From: Lytechinus pictus
Taxonomy: Eukaryota
Direction: 5' to 3'
DNA: 64,000 nucleotides
Assembly (NCBI RefSeq): GCF_037042905.1
Contig: NC_087251.1
Coordinates: forward strand, 49,105,358-49,169,357
The stretch's first letter is position 1; every line of letters starts with the position of its first letter. A program made the position numbers and the translations under genes. The notes under the pieces are model-generated. The model had not been told where the DNA came from. It saw nothing but the letters and a program-made list of their open reading frames with translations, and did not search any database. Below, in pieces: positions 62,478-64,000 of the stretch.

Positions 62478-63985
62478 CTGTAATGCATACATAAAACAAA
62501 CCTCTGATTACTCATGTATCAGTGATAAAGCATTTGTATTAGGGAATTCAAACTCTCTCATTTCTCTACATGGTGGCTAAAATCTATTTTATAACATGAT
62601 TGAAAATTCAACAAGTTATTACAAAAGTTTGTCCTATTTTATAATGGTTTTCATGAGTGCATCCAAGATTTGTTCATATAAAAAAAGAAAATGCGAAACA
62701 GAACCCCCCCCCCCATGCATAATCATTCAATGAAGCATGGTTTTGACAATTGATGTTTGTTCATTATTCAATGGATCACAGATTAAGAGTCACAAGTATG
62801 CATACACATGGGCTATCATACACAATTATACAATCTAACATTATAAAATCTACCTATGAAAATATTTATCCTATAAGATATTTGCTACTATTACTACAAG
62901 TGTACATGTATATCTCATCAAGCTGTTTTCTTATCTGAATAGATTTGAATTTAAGTCTCAATGTGATCCAGATATTTGGATAAAACTATATCAAATCATT
63001 ACTAACATGAATTTTTGTTTATGCATGTTAACTTATAACCAAAACTCTTCAGGTTTGATTTGGGGAAGAAATTAAGATGAATGGAACGAGACACTGTGGT
63101 ACTATAATGCTATCATTAGTGAGATGAGCAAAAATAGGGGATAAGATAAATTACAGTTTACCAGAGATCTGCATGTCATTTTGACTGAATATTGATCCAT
63201 TTTTTCAATGAAAATCCAATTAAATGCATTCAGTATTAATGCCATGCTAGGCAATAGTAAGACCAAGGTAAACTCTTTTGAGCAACAACAAATGTGTTTT
63301 GGGAGATGTTGTAGATCGCATAACTTTGTCTAAATATGTTAAATGTATACGACACAAATTCTTTTAATATTGCCACTTTTATGTATCTGTGTTAAAATAG
63401 ATTGATACCATCTTATGCACTTTCCAAATTTTCCCTAAATAATACTTTTCGTGATTATAATATAATACCCGTACTGCCATAAATTTTCATTTATCAAAGA
63501 TTAGAACCAATGTTTCAAAAAATCAATAAAGGTCCCATAGTCTGGAATAATATCCCAATACATTTAAGAAATATCCCTTCTTTAGATAGTTTTAAAAAAC
63601 AAATTCACGCCCTATCTTTTGATTTTGCGTGATCTTAATTGATTTACTATACGTTGTTAAATACATCTTTGTTTACGTGTCTTCACCTTCATCCATCTGT
63701 TGTTGTTTGTTTTCTTCTGTAATAATGTATTGCTTTAACTTATGTACAAAGGGGTTAACGTTTATAAAGCTTCTAGCTTTTTTTGTCGTCCCCTATTCCC
63801 ATAAAACTGTTTGTTATGTAGTTGTATTCACTGTCTTTTTATCTTTGTTTTTGATAATTCTCTTGGTTATGTACACATGTTTTTATGGTGAATGAAATAA
63901 ATGAACTTGAAATTGAATAAATGTCTTGCAAAATAAGTGTATGTTAACTTCAGATACCTATTGTACTTTACATAAGGTACATTAC

Positions 63986-64000
63986 CTCGCAGGCCGACGT
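63986..64000 (-). CDS. ETAA1: ETAA1-like protein, 3' end of an upstream exon (partial)
   Basis: ...CGT CGG CCT GCG AG|gtaatg. The phase-2 donor matches the phase-2 acceptor at 62477. Only 15 nt are visible. Confidence 0.55.

Noticed and set aside
60797..62515. 572-aa ORF as a single-exon gene, and its antisense ORFs
   Set aside because: Its ends run past clear splice sites at 62477 and 60814, so it is an internal exon. The antisense ORFs are shadows.

Overview
AT-rich, intron-rich animal genomic DNA. Gene structure and repeat families suggest an echinoderm, probably a sea urchin (inference). Three host genes were reconstructed by hand from splice signals and translation. (1) Cytoplasmic tryptophanyl-tRNA synthetase WARS1 on the minus strand: 6 coding exons at 2625-11354, 3' end outside the window, no WHEP domain visible. 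(2) A complete 4-exon FBXO28 on the plus strand: 42449-49293, 342 aa. (3) The 3' part of an ETAA1-like ATR activator on the minus strand: 59383 to beyond 64000. Most of the rest is nested non-autonomous transposons: hAT-, Kolobok-, piggyBac- and Harbinger-type MITEs, Helentron/HINE-like elements, a CR1/L2-group LINE relic, tRNA-derived SINEs and Penelope-type fragments. Three observations stand out. First, a 2.87-kb CAC...GTG element (23862-26734) has asymmetric, bipartite ends that resemble V(D)J recombination signals: heptamer, then a 12-bp versus 24-bp spacer, then a shared 9-mer, then a GCCATCTTG-type box. This suggests a RAG-like/Transib/Chapaev relative. Second, that element sits inside a 7.7-kb, almost fully palindromic Academ-like foldback element (19413-27091). 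Third, there is a minimal Penelope-type hammerhead ribozyme at about 30551-30600 on the minus strand. Family assignments rest on termini and target-site duplication (TSD) rules and on recalled homology, not on database searches.
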